A stretch of DNA of 64,000 nucleotides from Octopus vulgaris (taxonomy: Eukaryota). Location of the stretch: the NCBI GenBank assembly GCA_951406725.2, contig OX597830.1:13268001-13332000 (forward strand), written 5' to 3'. Both the position numbers and the translations under genes were made by a program. Below, in pieces: positions 39,190 through 54,640 of the stretch. Each line of letters opens with the position of its first letter. Within the stretch, counting starts at the first letter, position 1. A model generated the notes under the pieces. The model was not told the origin of the DNA and searched no databases. It saw nothing but the letters and a program-made list of their open reading frames with translations.

Positions 39190-40459
<1,270 letters not shown>

Positions 40460-40599
40460 TGCCTGTGCTGTATTTATGTACGCCTCTCTATATACATGTG
40501 AATGTGTGCGAGCGCGTTCATTTCATACATTTTCATCCCATTATATCTGTGATGCAATATCATCATCTCCCTCGCACTGCCCTTTCCCCACCGCATTCA

Positions 40600-41280
40600 A
40601 TCATAAATACCTACAATGATCCACATCAATTGACGAACACACGTTTACTGGTGGCACTCATTGAAAACACTTTTATCCGAATTCCAAATAGCGTGACTGA
40701 AGCGATAACTTACATCTTGCCAGAGACTTTATTTACTGATGAGCAGCTACTTGCCTTTTATTTCAAGTACGCAGCTAATTACCGTAGACAATATATTCCT
40801 AGAACCGAAGAATATGCAGTACATAAGATAAACTTTAATAAAAATCTATTGAATAGGAGAGAATCCTACTGTTAGCCTGTCATCTGATTTCGAACATAAG
40901 AACAATTTATTCAAAGATAAAACGGCTACGAACTTGGCTGTTCATGTCAGCTTTGAATTCCTAAAGATTTGTTAATGTATGGATAAAGGAAAGAACTTTT
41001 GTTTGTTGTGTCATTATTAATGAAAAGTTTTGTTTTATCTAAACCACGATAAACTGTTGTCATAGATATCAGATTTGTTTGATAAAGTTTGTGAATAACT
41101 TGATTGGAGATACCCGATATCAGTGCTAAGTGTAAGGCAGCAAACTGAAAATCTTTTGGGAGTTTTAGATATTTCCCCTGAGTAATTCCCACTTGCTGAT
41201 GCCAAGTATCGTCTATGAGCTTCGGAGTGGGTTAAATCAGTCGCCCACTGTAGACAATGATACGCGTATGGCATGGGAAA
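40600..41280 (+). mobile_element. Possible piggyBac transposase relic
   Basis: [10 protein letters not shown]...RQYIP resembles the first catalytic-Asp motif of piggyBac (T.DEQL..F.GR..F..YIP.KP). Confidence 0.4.
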
Positions 41281-41453
41281 TGGTTAGCAAGAGAAAGAAG
41301 AAAAAAGTTATGCAAGTAAAGTATCGTGAGTTCAAATCATGAGACTGGAGCAGAGATTTTTTACAATCTAGGATTTGAGCAGTTTTGACAAAATACACAC
41401 AGACACACACACACGCACGCACGCACGCACACACACACACACACAAACACACA

Positions 41454-41538
<85 letters not shown>

Positions 41539-41554
41539 GCACGCACGCACGTAC

Positions 41555-42386
41555 ATCGCTTCGCTTCATCGTTTGACGAGTTTGGGGGTCATCTTAGGTG
41601 AATGGGTGAACAGGTTCACCAGTGCTCCCGATCGCTGGCTGTTCCCTGTCAGTGTCTCTGCATCCTACATACATACGTACAGACACATGGTGGCCATTGC
41701 ACGGAGCTTAATCAATATTGTTATCGTGCAATGCCTGTGCAAGATGAGTTTTTTTTTAAAGTGAGGAAAGGCTGTGCACTGAGTCAATCCCACTCACTAA
41801 GCAACAGCAGCCATAATCCGAAAAGAAGAGCAAGTCAACATCATCGGTAACCACTGAGCCGCAGGTTTTATGTCGGGGTTATCCCAGTTACCTGAGTTAC
41901 CTTCTCCTAGAAGGATGCCCTAACAAAGGTTGGGAGTCCTTCACTCCCAATGGTTTAACCTCGTGATCGGGTATTCAGTCCGACTATTTCTATGTCCCCC
42001 GCGCATGATACAGCCTTAAGACATTTATTGGATGGCCGTTGACTCTCAAGAGTTCCTCCGCCCTTTGACGGGTTTTGTTTTTCATCCCGCAGCCATAATC
42101 CGAAAAGAAGAACAAGTCAACATCATCGGTAATCACTGAGCCGTAGGTTTTATGTCGGAGATATCCCAGTTACCTGAGTTACCTTCTCCTAGAAGGATGC
42201 CCTAACAAAGGTTGGGAGTCCTTTACTCCCAATGGTTTAACCTCGTGATCGGGTATTCAGTCCGATTATTTCTATGTCCCCGTGCATGATCCACCCTTAA
42301 GACATTTATTGGATGGCCGTTGACTCTCAAGAGTTCCTCTGCCCTTTGACGGGTTTTGTTTTTCATCCCGCGGGGTGTCCAATAAA
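41555..42386 (-). mobile_element. Probable LINE (RTE-like) 5' UTR region with a 282-bp tandem duplication
   Basis: Units 41807-42088 and 42089-42371. The minus-strand CTAGGAGAAGG.AACTC motif resembles RTE-type 5' UTRs as I recall them. Confidence 0.55.
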
Positions 42387-42464
42387 CATACACATACATA
42401 CGTACATACACACAAATACATACACACGCATGATAATATATATATATATGTTGTATATTATTCT

Positions 42465-42897
42465 CTTACTCTTTTACTTGTTCCAGTCATTTGACTGTGG
42501 CCATGCTGGAGCACCGCCTTTAGTCGAACAAATCACCCCCAGGATTTATTCTTTGTAAACCCAGTACTAATTCTATCGGTCTCTTTTGCCGAACCGCTAA
42601 GTTACGGGTACATAAGCACACCAGCATCGGTTGTCAAGCAATGCTAGGGGGACAAACTCAGATACACAAAAACATACATGTATATATATATATATATATA
42701 CATACACTCACACACACACACAGATATTCTATAATTATAAACATAATTATAATTGGTGGTCAGCTAATTGCTTCGCCACGCACCGAATTTAGAAATAGGA
42801 GCTAAAATTCCTTTTCTACTACAGTAAAGATTAATTGATTATTTTATTTAATTAATTTTACCCTTTTATTATTAATATATATATATATATATATACA

Positions 42898-42960
<63 letters not shown>

Positions 42961-43125
42961 ATATACATATACATACGACAGGTTTCTTTCAGTTTCCATC
43001 AACCAAATCCACTCACAGGGCTTTTGGTTTGTCTGAGGCTATAGTAGAAGACACTTGTCCAAGGTAGCACGCAGTGGGACTGAACCCAGAACCATGTGGT
43101 TGGGAAGCAAGCTTCTTACTGCACA
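42465..43125 (-). mobile_element. SINE family A split by an insertion in its TA tract
   Basis: 3' half at 42465-42690, 5' half at 42975-43125. Confidence 0.8.
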
Positions 43126-43345
43126 AACATTTTTACTGGCTTGGTTATGGAGGAAAGAGTGTACATATATTCCTAACCCAAATTAGAATTGGTTAGAAAG
43201 TTGCGATTAATGTTCTTCTTGAGTTATAAAAAATGTAAATATGTAAAAGAATGTTATAAGAATGTTATTAGAGTGATACAAATTGCTGAAACCTGTATAT
43301 GTCTACAAGCCTAACCGAATGTATAGTGTCTGTCTGTTAAGAGTC

Positions 43346-43391
<46 letters not shown>

Positions 43392-43417
43392 TGATGATGA
43401 TGATAATGATAATAATG

Positions 43418-43506
<89 letters not shown>

Positions 43507-43508
<2 letters not shown>

Positions 43509-43857
43509 CTGTGGTGCAATTGCAGGCAGTTGCTCTCGTTTCTCTAAAAGAAATGGAGAAACTTTCAAAGTACAAAGACCTGGAAATAGAGGTAATTTGA
43601 ATGTGGAATCTGAAAACAGAAGCAATCCCTATCATAATAAGCGCATTAGGTATGATAAAAAGATATTCAGACAACTACATAAAAAAAACACCAGGACTAA
43701 CAAGTATATATAGCATACAGAAATTTTCTACTAGGCACCGCACACATCCTACGTAAAAACATTTCAATACAGTAACAATAAGAGCATCACAACAAACCAC
43801 AGCACATACACAAGGGACACAGAGCTGTGCTCGGTAGTGCAGCGAAAGCACGTGATG
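43507..43857 (+). mobile_element. R4/Dong-type LINE 3' end inside a (TAA)n tract
   Basis: SLKEMEKLSKYKDLEIE...WNLK...IPII..ALG...LGTAHILRKT; (TAA)n on both sides. Confidence 0.88.
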
Positions 43858-43924
<67 letters not shown>

Positions 43925-44039
43925 TAATAATAACAATCGTATTTACGATAAAGGAATACACATTTTTGGTGAGAGCTATTAAATGGCGACCATCCTATCG
44001 TATGAATGCAGCCTTGTAGATCTTGAGTTTTGTCGACCG

Positions 44040-44689
44040 TCTTAGGCCTTTCTGCTGAAGAAGTGGTGAAATGATGAAAGCAATTCAAACTCATTCCAAT
44101 TATAAATACTTGGGAATACTTGAGGTAGATGGAATCAAACACCACGACAGGAAGGAAAAGACAAAAAGAGAGTACCTGCGGCGAATGAGAAAAATATTGG
44201 CTTCAAAGCTGAATGGCAGAAACATAATTTCGGCAATAAACTCGCGCGCATTTGCAGTAGTTCGGTATGGCGCTGGATAGAGCGCCATATCCTGAAGTGG
44301 ATAGAGGAAGAGCTAAGGGAGATGGACAGGAAGTCAAGAAAGCTCCCTAACGATGCATGGAGCCCATCATCCACGTGCAGACACTGATTGCCTATGCATG
44401 AAGAGAGCAACTGGAGAAAGGGGACTGATAAGGGTGGAAGACTGCGTATCGAACTCGAGAGCTTGATGAGATACCTAGGCCAAAGTAAGGAAACCTTGCT
44501 AGTGAGAGTTAGGAACGAGGGAGTATTGAGAGCAGAGAAAAAAAGGGAAAACAAAGTACAAAAAGGATATGAAGAAGAATTACGCAAGAAGGGACTACAC
44601 AACCAGTTCCATGTAGCCACAACAGAAGTTGCTGGAAGAAAATAGGTGGGATTGGCTGATGAAAAGAACTCTAAAAAAAAAAAGAGACC
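44040..44689 (+). mobile_element. R4/Dong-type LINE RT-thumb relic
   Basis: YKYLGI...EYLRRMRKIL.SKLNG.N.I.AIN..A..VVRYGAG; DRKSRK; HHPRAD. Confidence 0.85.
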
Positions 44690-45079
44690 AGGCGCAGGAG
44701 TGGCTGTGTGGTAAGTAGCTTGCTTACCAACCACATGGTTCCGGGTTCAGTCCCACTGCGTGGCACCTTGGGCAAGTGTCTTCTGCTATAGCCCCAGGCC
44801 TTGTGAGTGGATTTGGTAGACGGAAACTGAAAGAAGCCTGTCGTATATATGTATATTTATGTATGTGTGTGTATGTGCTTGTGTGTCTGTGTTTGTCTCC
44901 CTAGCATTGCTTGACAACCGATGCTGGTGTGTTTACGTCCCCGTCACTTACAGGTTCGGCAAAAGAGACCGATAGAATAAGTACTGGGCTTACAAAGAAT
45001 AAGTCCCGGGGTCGAGTTGCTTGATTAAAGGCGGTGCTCCAGCATGGTCGCAGTCAAATGACTGAAACAAATAAAAGAG
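44690..45079 (+). mobile_element. SINE family A, full length
   Basis: Head-to-tail match. Confidence 0.92.
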
Positions 45080-45205
45080 GGGAAAAAAAAAGAGAGAAAA
45101 GAGAGACCGTCACTTTAACTTCTTTTGTATGTTTTGCATACGTTTGAATAAGTATTTCCCTAGTTACCGTTGCTAAGACACTAATCATGCAAATTTTATC
45201 CAAGA

Positions 45206-45576
45206 CTAGCAGTATCGCCCGGCGTTGCTCGGGTTTGTAAGGGAAATAACTATAAAGCATTTTTAGAGAGTTATAGCCAAAAAATGGAAAAAAAATGATG
45301 GTAAATTTTTTTTTAGTTAAAACGGTCGAGTTGCGTCCCCTAGACAGTCTGTGGTTTGTGTTTCTGATTTTCGACCCCATGTCGAATTTATCGATTTTTT
45401 TCAGAACTGGGGGAACTTTTCAAAATTTTCGCTGCGTTAGTTTTGAATTATGACCTTGGGCTATGTGTGTGTCAAGTTTCATCAGAATCGGTTGAAAGCC
45501 GTGGTCAGGGTGAGGGTACGAGAAAACAGACACACAGAAACACGCACAGACAAACTGCCGTTTATATAGAGAGAGA
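45206..45576 (-). mobile_element. Non-autonomous Helitron
   Basis: Minus strand A|TC start, with the same 3' hairpin and CTAG|T end as 9484-9898. Confidence 0.85.
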
Positions 45577-46743
45577 TAACAGTCGATCTAGCACAGTATT
45601 CGAACACAAAAACATGAACGGTAAACTAGACTGCAGAGAATATCCTGACATCCATTCTCTGAGAATTTGCTGAATTTTAATGCAATTGTTCTTTCCTTAA
45701 CACATAACTAAGTTTGAGATAGCACCGTCCTTTCCACGTTCTATAAATAAGAATTACTTCTTTCACCACTCACAGATTTCTCAGCTAAAATTAAGGCGTT
45801 CTCCAACATGCTTCACATAATTTCCACCCTCACACAACCCAACCACCCTTCTTTAATAAATATTAATATTAATGCTTTTCATTTTGCCATTCTAAATAAA
45901 ACTTAACTTTCTCTTGATTGTCTTCAAGCAGAAAGAAAACGTTGTTGGTTGTCAGTTGGTTCCACAGATGAAGGTAATATACAACGATATTTCAATACAT
46001 ATGTCCAAGAGAAAATAAATAGCTAAATTAATAAATAAGTGTTTCTCAGCTTGTCTAAATAAAAATGCGCCTCACTAATTAAAAGGAAATAGCTAGTTAA
46101 TAATTCCTAATTGATAACTTAAATCTGCTTAATGAAACTCTGAGATTGCTGTGGTTTCCATCACGTGGGCACATACATATTCATTAATTATATCGAATTC
46201 TTTTGAAAAGGAGAAATATGAATTCTTCATAAAATGTCATTTTCGGATATTCTATTCCTTAAAAAGAACTATTCAAAAAAATTGGTTTTATTTTCTGTAT
46301 TCATTATACAATCTGCCAATCATGTTAAAATTTTCAATAATTCTCCAATTTCATAAAAATGAAATGAAATATGAACAACAAAAGGCACCTACATGGATAA
46401 TTCTAGAAATGCTCGTTGATTTAATGAAGGTGAAGTTTAATCAAAGATTTGTTCATAGATACGACAACATACTATCATATTTTTCTCCCGGGTAATAGGG
46501 CGTTGTCACCAAGGTGATAGCTATTTACTGCAATATCATCGGCAATTATTAACGTGTATATGTGTGTATGTACATTTGTGTGACTGTGTGTGTGTGTGTA
46601 TGGAGGAGGGAAGCATTCTGTGAGTGAGTTTGAGTGTGTGTGTATGTGGCAATTATGTATATTAGTATATGTGCATGTTACATGAATACACGCTTGTGAA
46701 TTTCTCTCTCTCCCTCTTTAGGATTTACACACAGACACACACA

Positions 46744-46784
<41 letters not shown>

Positions 46785-46937
46785 AAAATTTTTGCGTGTG
46801 CGTGAATAAAAGAGATAGTGTCGCATACAAAAGATTACAAGACAGGAAAAACTAGAATTATATATTTTTGAATCGACCACAAGTTATGTGACGTTGATGG
46901 TGCGATAGTTACTATCGTGGTGTGCATACGTGTGTGT

Positions 46938-47002
<65 letters not shown>

Positions 47003-47193
47003 TGACAGACAGAGATAGAGATGTTGTTATGTTGATGTTACCATAGCTTTGTGACAGTTACAATTACAATAAAAATGTTAGAAACTAAAGTTAGGCGACA
47101 GTGATGTTGCTATGGCGTTGTTACTATGGCGTTGTTACTATGGTAACATTAATATAGTTGTTTGGCAGAGACTCTATTATAGTTATCTGATAA

Positions 47194-47614
47194 GGACGTT
47201 ACTGTTTGAACGGCAGTTTTTTCTAGCGGTGTCATATGAAATTGTCACCCATAATTATGAACCTAGTATCTATCTATTGCACTTCAATCTGTTTTAGGGT
47301 TAGGGTTAGGGGTGGGGGGAAGGGTATCTTTTTTTTCTTCACAAATGTAAATAAACCCAATCTGTTTCTTAAACGAGGGACATATTCATACGGCCCAGAA
47401 TTTTTTTTTTTACCTCAATAGACGTCATTGATTGGTTGAAATTTCAGAAATTGAAGAAAAAAACAACAACAAATATCTTACAAACCATAGAATTTTCTCA
47501 ATAAAGCCAAGAGAAAAAGATGTTTTATAAACACATTCTACCAGTATACGAAGTTTAAAAGTGTTTAGTTACGTGGAAATTATTTTAAAAAACTGCCGTT
47601 TAAACCGAAAAGAT

Positions 47615-47616
<2 letters not shown>
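47194..47616. mobile_element. Second, inverted copy of the telomere-repeat MITE
   Basis: Reverse complement of 27937-28376 with (TTAGGG)n; left TIR decayed. Confidence 0.88.
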
Positions 47617-47674
<58 letters not shown>

Positions 47675-48099
47675 CTTATATATTAATTTCTCACATTGAT
47701 GTGCTATTGTAGAATCTGATAGGATAAGTACCAAGCTTTAGAAAAAAAATAATAGAAAAGACGTATTTGGGTCGATTCATTCGACTAAAAGTTTTTCAAG
47801 GCGGTGCCCCAGCATGGCTGCAGTCTAATGATCAAAACAAAAAAAAAAAAATATGTAAGGCCGACGACACAACCTCATAAATTAAAATACGATGATAATC
47901 ACTCAAACGCTGTTGCAAACTAATCAAGTGCAGACTGCAATGAAGTCTGAGCTAGCAAAATATATCATCTAAGCACTGGTTGCAACACTGAAGCAGTATG
48001 GCTCATTCTGACTACAATTACGCATGATCCATCCAAATCAAGAGACTGCGGGCTGCATAAGCCGGCCTTGGTGTATGTCGCAAACTCGTTTCCTCTCCA

Positions 48100-48800
48100 A
48101 ATGGTTGTAGCCATGACCTCGGCATCAGTCGTCCGTACTCCATCCAGCGAGATTTCGATGATGATAGTTGCAGAGCCATTATCGTTTTGGTTCAGGTAGT
48201 ATCGGCACTCACGTGGTCGTATCAGTGCTCACTTGCTGCATGGTTCGATCTTGGAGGATGCCATGGCGCTTCTCTAATTCTGTGAGTATATAACTAATGA
48301 TCAGAATTTGCAACTGTTATCGATTTTGGTCGTCTTCATTGTGGCAGTTCAAACGGTTGGCCAAAATGTATTGATTTTGTTGATATCAGGCCTAACATTG
48401 CTACGAGTGAAAGGTAAGAGAGTCCAGTTTGCTGGACATTGTTGTAGAGCTGAAAAAGAGGTAATTTCTACTCTTCTCCTCTGGAAGCCATCTACTCGCA
48501 ATACCAGAGGGCGCACACTCTCCTACCCTGATGTAATCTCCAGGGATACAGGCATCCAGCAACAGGACCTCCGTAATGCAATGATGGACCGTGAAGTCTG
48601 GCGTAGCATGGTAACTTCCATTGTCTCGACCACGGTCGAACAATGATGATGATGATTGCTGCGAGGCTCTTTCGAGCATTGCCCGAGCATGGGCTGAACA
48701 TACTGGTCGATTTGAGTTTTTGATGACATAGTCCTTTGTGGTACTGGTCCCATCCAGCACCCTTCTTGGTCTTTTGAGTTGCATGAGTTTGTTCTTTATG
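48100..48800 (-). mobile_element. Possible LTR-retrotransposon integrase relic hosting the LINE insertion
   Basis: Joined across the TSD, the minus strand gives AH...MLERASQ...PDINK...CKF, resembling the Gypsy integrase zinc-finger region. Confidence 0.35.
48408..48654 (+). mobile_element. RTE/RTEX-like LINE 3' end with TSD
   Basis: RVQFAGHCCR...LLLWKP...RGR...Y.D.I..DTG...AMMDREVWR; (TGA)n tail; TSD ATTGCTACGAG / ATTGCTGCGAG. Confidence 0.88.
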
Positions 48801-49240
48801 GTGTCATAGGCTTACTCAAGATCATGGGGAACGTTTGATGCTAGGTTACTGGCATGGGTTGGTGATACATAGGACCCTGTCGACTTTTACATTATTTACT
48901 GAGGGTTTCAACAACAGTGTTTTGGACCAGTCCGGCGAGAATCCAGCTGGGACGCCATCCTGTGGATACTCCGACTATTTTTGATGTAGCCTATGAACCC
49001 TGTGATAATCTCTGCGTGGCTTTTGTGGCGACGATAATTATTTTCCTGACGAGACTAAGCGCTGGCGATGTTGCTGGAATCGGTAAAACAATGATGTGAA
49101 GTGACTGCAAAATATTTGGAGTCTGGAAGGGATGCTGTACCAGTATCGTTTTCTCCTTGAAGGAGTGTTTCATTCACAGATGCAACTGAGACAGTGCATT
49201 CACACACTTGACAGGGCCCAGGTCATAAATATGCTGTGTA

Positions 49241-49475
49241 TACCTATTTCTTTATTATCCACAAGGAGCTAAACATAGAGGGGACAAACAACGACAGACA
49301 TAGGTCTTAAGTCGATTACATCGACCCCAGTGCGTAACTGGTACTTAATTTATCGACCCCGAAAGGATGAAAGGTAAAGTCGACCTCGGCGGAATTTGAA
49401 CTCACAACATAACGGCAGACGAATACGGCTACGCATTTCGCCCGGTGCGCTAACATTTCTGCCAGCTCGCCGCCT
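49241..49475 (-). mobile_element. SINE family B with TSD
   Basis: Flanks TATGCTGTGTATACC / TATGCAGTGTATACC. Confidence 0.92.
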
Positions 49476-49889
49476 TATGCAGTGTATACCTTCCGGTCGT
49501 CACTGGGTGTAGAAGTTCAAAATCTGGTTGTACAGTTTATCGCCCATGATAGATATACTTTTCCTGTAAGTTTGAAAACAATTATTAATAATATGCACAC
49601 TAATAAGAGGAAGCACAGAACATCACCATTCACAAGCTCCAGTCACAATAACAAAACAAAAGCCACAAGATATAGATACATGAACTCAGTGTATCCTCTG
49701 ATGACTTCATACTTGACCTCACCTGATATTACCCTTTCAAAGAGATCGTGCTTTATTTTGTCCCGTTTGAAAAAGAATTAAGCAATTTATAAACTCAACC
49801 ATAATAAATACATTCATAAAATAAAATTAACTTAAAGACTTAAATATTCAGTAATATTCGCATTTACTTTCGTTCTTTTTGATTGTCTT

Positions 49890-50215
49890 GTCGGCTTTGT
49901 GGGAATTTCTTTTTTGGCTTAGCTGAGGTGCCCTTGTTGGCTCATTTGAGGCTCTTTTGTTGGCTCACTTAAAGTTAGCGTTACTTCAGTGGAGGTTTTC
50001 TTTTTGACTTAGCGGAAGCTCTTTTATTGATTCAGGACAGGCTGTAATGTTGGCTTCGCTGGGGCTGACTCAAGGGAGGTAATGTTTTAGCTTCTGTTAA
50101 CTCAGTTGAAACTGAACTGTGTTTTAGATTATTTGAGGCTATCTGGTTGGTTCAGTAGAAAAAATATATATATTTATGGATCGGTTGAGGCTGTCTTGTT
50201 GCCTTAGTAGATTCT
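49890..50215. repeat. Degenerate ~23-bp minisatellite
   Basis: GTTGGCTCAGTTGAGGCT-like units with 23-nt spacing (49916, 49939, 49962; 50006, 50029, 50052). Confidence 0.7.
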
Positions 50216-53200
50216 CCTTCGTTAATACATTTATTCTTTTTAAATAGTCATAACTGATTCCTTCGAAGATATTCTTTGTAGATGCTGCTTGTGTAGAGAT
50301 TATCACCTGATATCATTGTTTCATTTCCTTAACCTTACCCACTTTTGCTGCTGAGTCGATTTGAGCCTGTTCTTTATGCTACTCAGCTTCATTATTTCAT
50401 CAGCTCATATCTTATTCGTGACTTTAACATTTCTTATTCTATCCCCAAGATTCATATTGTATTCGTGAGCTGCTTTCGATCCCGATTTCTAAATTCTGCC
50501 CTTGGCAATACAAGATCGTTGCACCATCTAGAAATATATTCATTTGAGACAGCAATATTCGAAAATTAAATACAATAGGTTCTCATAGTTGGCCGCTAAC
50601 AAATTTTTCGCAAAATAAGGATGTTCTATCCTATTTATTATTATGCGTTTGAGAATACAATATTTTCCGTATCTGTATATTTCAATACATCTCAACGTTT
50701 CTAAAGGAAAGCAAGCGTTTTTTACATAATAGGGTTAATTTTATTTCAGTTGCATTAGATTAGAAAGATACCAAATGGAAGCTAAACGGTTGACTTTTTA
50801 ATGTCTTAAGCTCAAAAGTAAGGCAATATTGGGTTGGCAACTATGTTCCCACCGTTTTCTATAATTTAAATTTTTAAAAGGTTTAATAAAAAATGACAAC
50901 TGTTCAGCATTGATATTAATAGTGAATGAGCATCATCGAACTGGAAAGAGATGAGTGAAAATTCTGCGAAAAGTTTCGACGAATGCCCTGCAATTTGTGT
51001 CAACTAACCGCTCTCCAACATAAATGCGAGTTGGGAAACCGCTGACAACATCGACTTCACGTAATATATGTTGAATAAGTAAGCCCGTGATATGCTGCTT
51101 CTCCTTCTTTCCCTCTCTCCTTCCCCCTCTCTCTCTTTCCCTTTCTGTAGTATGTAGGTTGGACTAGTTCTGCATGTTGTCCAATCATTTATCAATTTTA
51201 TAACGAATCACCATATTGTATCTGCTTACGGCTTATTGTACTGAGAGATGATTTGTGTCTTGATTGTATCAATGGACATACGACTGCAGCCCGACATTTT
51301 TTCGATTTGACCTATTGTCGTATTATTTGAACGGTATTTTTTGAACGTCAGAAAGTAAGGACTTAACTGATGCCAGCAAAATTTGAGAAGCACAAACTAA
51401 ATACTGCAATGCAGTGAGTTACGTCATTTTACGTTCTGAGTCCATGTATAACATATGATTTGGCTTTCATCTCGCTTTATGACAAAATTCACAAATCAAT
51501 ATTTTCAGTAACATTTTACTTTATTCTGTTTTCTTTAAATCTTTGACAAATAGGCTAAAAATAAACGGAACATCTCCAGACTAACCATTATGGGACATAA
51601 TATATTAGCCAGGGGTGATTAAAACAGTTTCCTGTTGGCTTTTCTAAGAAAAGAGGATTTAGATGTTAGGGGTGGGATTAACTGGTACAGAACCGTTCAT
51701 GCTTTGAAGTCTTTCTAAAATATTAATAAAGCTTTATTAATTGTACACTGCCGAAGCTTGGCCACAGCCAAACGTCTGGAACCAACAACTTTTCATGATT
51801 GAAAAATAATGTCTCTTAAACGCTTTAATTTCATCATATACATCATTTGTAATATAGACACGAGTACACATCTCCCCTAACAACTAAAACCTCTACACTA
51901 CTTAAGAAATCCGCCAGGAAGCTGTTTTAGTCACGAATCTACATATTTTGTGCAATGCAGGGTAAAAAGAATTAAATGAACTCCTGTATATGAGTTTATA
52001 GACGCTGGAAGGATGAAAGACAAAGGTGGCGCAGGTGGGTTTTGAACTTAGAGCTTAAAGACCCATAACAAATACCGCAAATATTTGTGCCCGATGCCGT
52101 AACGATTCCGCTAGTCCACATCTTGAGAGATAATAATCTCTGATCAATACAGCTTTTATACATTTTTACATCTCTTTCTTCCTCCACCTCCGGTTTTTCC
52201 TTTTACAATTTTCTCAAAAAATTTTCTCCCCATTTTGTACTTACTTATCTCCCTTACTTTCATCTCCTTCCTTTTCTTTTAACTTTGTCTTGTTTACTTT
52301 TTTCTAATTATGTCTTAATTTTTCTTTTCCCTTTCTCGTTTTTTCCCCCCTTTCTTCCATCTATTTCATTTATTCATTCATCCTCTTCCCAACCCCCTTC
52401 TCCAGTATTTTAGCTCAGTAACTAAGTACTCTCAAAATCCCATTTTTTTTTCTACTTACCCCCTTCATTAATGTTTACCCCTCTTCATTTTCCATATTTT
52501 ACCATTTTACCTACCTGTTTCACTCAGTCACCATTTTCTAGCATTTCCTTGGGGGCTTATCCATTTCACGGCACACCAGCTTTTTCCTCTCACTCTTCTT
52601 TTCTGTTCCCTACTTTCTGTTCCCTACTTTCTGGTGTTTTTCTCTATCCTTACCGTTATTGTATACTTGACCCCATTACTTCCAAAGTGTGGTGCAAAGA
52701 AGAACTCTAAATGAAAATGAAATCAATGATTATTATCTTCCGTAATTTACTTCAAATTAGAAGGGAGAGAGCCGTGTGCTGCGTGAAACAGAGGAAGCTC
52801 CGCCGAAGACGTGTCTTGCTTTTCTTTACCACCATCTTCCTTAACTAATTGTAGCCAGCAGCAGTAAGATTTTTGCATTCATTAATATATTTTTATTGTG
52901 AGCTTGGCAAGTTCTTTGGAAAAGAAAACTAATTGTAATACAATTAGTAGCATTTCGGTTTGTATGACGCGAATTGAGACGACCATGCCAGGCAGAACTT
53001 AATTACAGCTCACGGTATATTTCTCCCTACTTTTTACGAAACCCGTAATTTCAGGGCAAAAGCAACGCAAACAAGAAATCTCTTCATATTCATTTGTCTG
53101 GTAAACTATTCGAATGTTGACTGCATATTTACGCTTGTTTCGCCGTACACTATAGCTTTAATACACACACATATACACATACATATATAAATACATACAT

Positions 53201-53647
53201 ACATACTTGTATATGTATATATATTCTTACGCACAAACACACATATACTTACATACATACACATATATATACTCACACATATGTATATATAAATATATAT
53301 GTGTATGTGTGTGTGTGTCTGTCTGTCTGTATGTGTGTGTATGCGCGCACGTGTTTGTGTGTCATAATTCGGAACGGCATTGCTTAGAGGAATGGTGATA
53401 CATGTAATATTGGTAAAGGCACTGTCTACTGCACCAACAACGGAATGTCCATGTATTTTCGTGTTACAAAAGAGATTAACGGAATGGCAGTGTGGAATTC
53501 ATATACGGCGATAGCCGTAAGAATATGCTGTGGTTCAATGATATAATTTACGTATGGAACAAGTTCGATTTTAGCTATGGATTCTGTTGACCTCTCTTCT
53601 AATCTCTACATTCATTAGTGCCGTCTTAATTATGTGTTGGCTGTTGA

Positions 53648-53884
53648 TACCTATTTCTTTACTACCCACAAGGGGCTAAAAATAGAGGAGACAAACAAGG
53701 ACAGACAAAGGGATTAAGTCGATTACATCGATCCCAGTGCGTAACTGGTACTTAATTTATCGACCCCGAAAGGATGAAAGGCAAAGTTGACCTCGGCGGA
53801 ATTTGAACTCAGAACGTAGCGACAGACGAAATACTACTAAGCATTTCGCCCGGCGTGCAGACGTTTCTGCCAGCTCACCGCCTT
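53648..53884 (-). mobile_element. SINE family B with TSD
   Basis: Flanks TTGGCTGTTGATA / TTGGCTGTCGATA. Confidence 0.92.
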
Positions 53885-53994
53885 TTGGCTGTCGATATTT
53901 CTTTGAATTCCAACTGCTGCGAAAAGTGGTTTTACTTTTGGAACACACACACTTACGCACACACACGCGCACACACACACATACACTCACTCAC

Positions 53995-54640
53995 ATTCTC
54001 TTCAAAGCCGCTCTAGTGAGTGGCCTCTGCAGAATATGGAGGAGGAAACGACCTTGTTACTCAATGTCAACAAAGGGGATTGTCTCCCCTTGGCTATCGA
54101 TCACCGATGTCAACAAAGGGGGTTGTGTCCCTCTGGCTATCGATCGCCGGTGGCCCTGCTATCTCATTAGTTCCAATAGGCTAGCAGGGATTTCTTGAAA
54201 TGCAAGCACGGTTCGAAAACCTCCATTCTGGAGTTAAGGGTGTCCCCGGGTCGAGGGAGTCCTTTAGAATCCACTACGCATAATTTACAGCGGTTGGTCC
54301 CGTTAATGTAGGGGCCTGGATTCTCTAGTATTCTCCATGATATTGTGTATGGAATTCTGTCGTGTGGCCGGTGTTCTGAAGGAGGAACCTGTGGTTGGAG
54401 AGGTGTTGTTTGAACGGATTCTCGGAACAGCCGATGTATCTCCGTCGTCGGGTGTTGGCGGTGGTGTGTCTATTATCGGGTGTTGGCAGTGGCGTGTCTA
54501 TTATTGTTGGTGTCGCTGCCGCCGCTGTTGCTGCTAGGGCGCTGCTGGTGTTGGTGGTGTTGGTGCTGGGGCTTTTGGCGTTGTCGTTGTTGGGGGTGGT
54601 GAGGATGTTGGTGCCGCCATTGTCGGTGTTAGTAAAGGAG
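53995..54640 (-). mobile_element. Penelope-like element 3' end (GIY-YIG C-terminus, 3' UTR, decayed hammerhead)
   Basis: Minus strand FKQHLSNH...RCKLC...LNSRMEVFEPCLHFKKSLL; downstream CUGCAGA-GGCCACUC(ACUA)GAGCGGCU-UUGAAG at 54000-54032. Confidence 0.72.

Noticed and set aside
49890-50215. Possible CRISPR-like array
   Set aside because: Eukaryotic context, no unique spacers, degenerate units and no cas genes.
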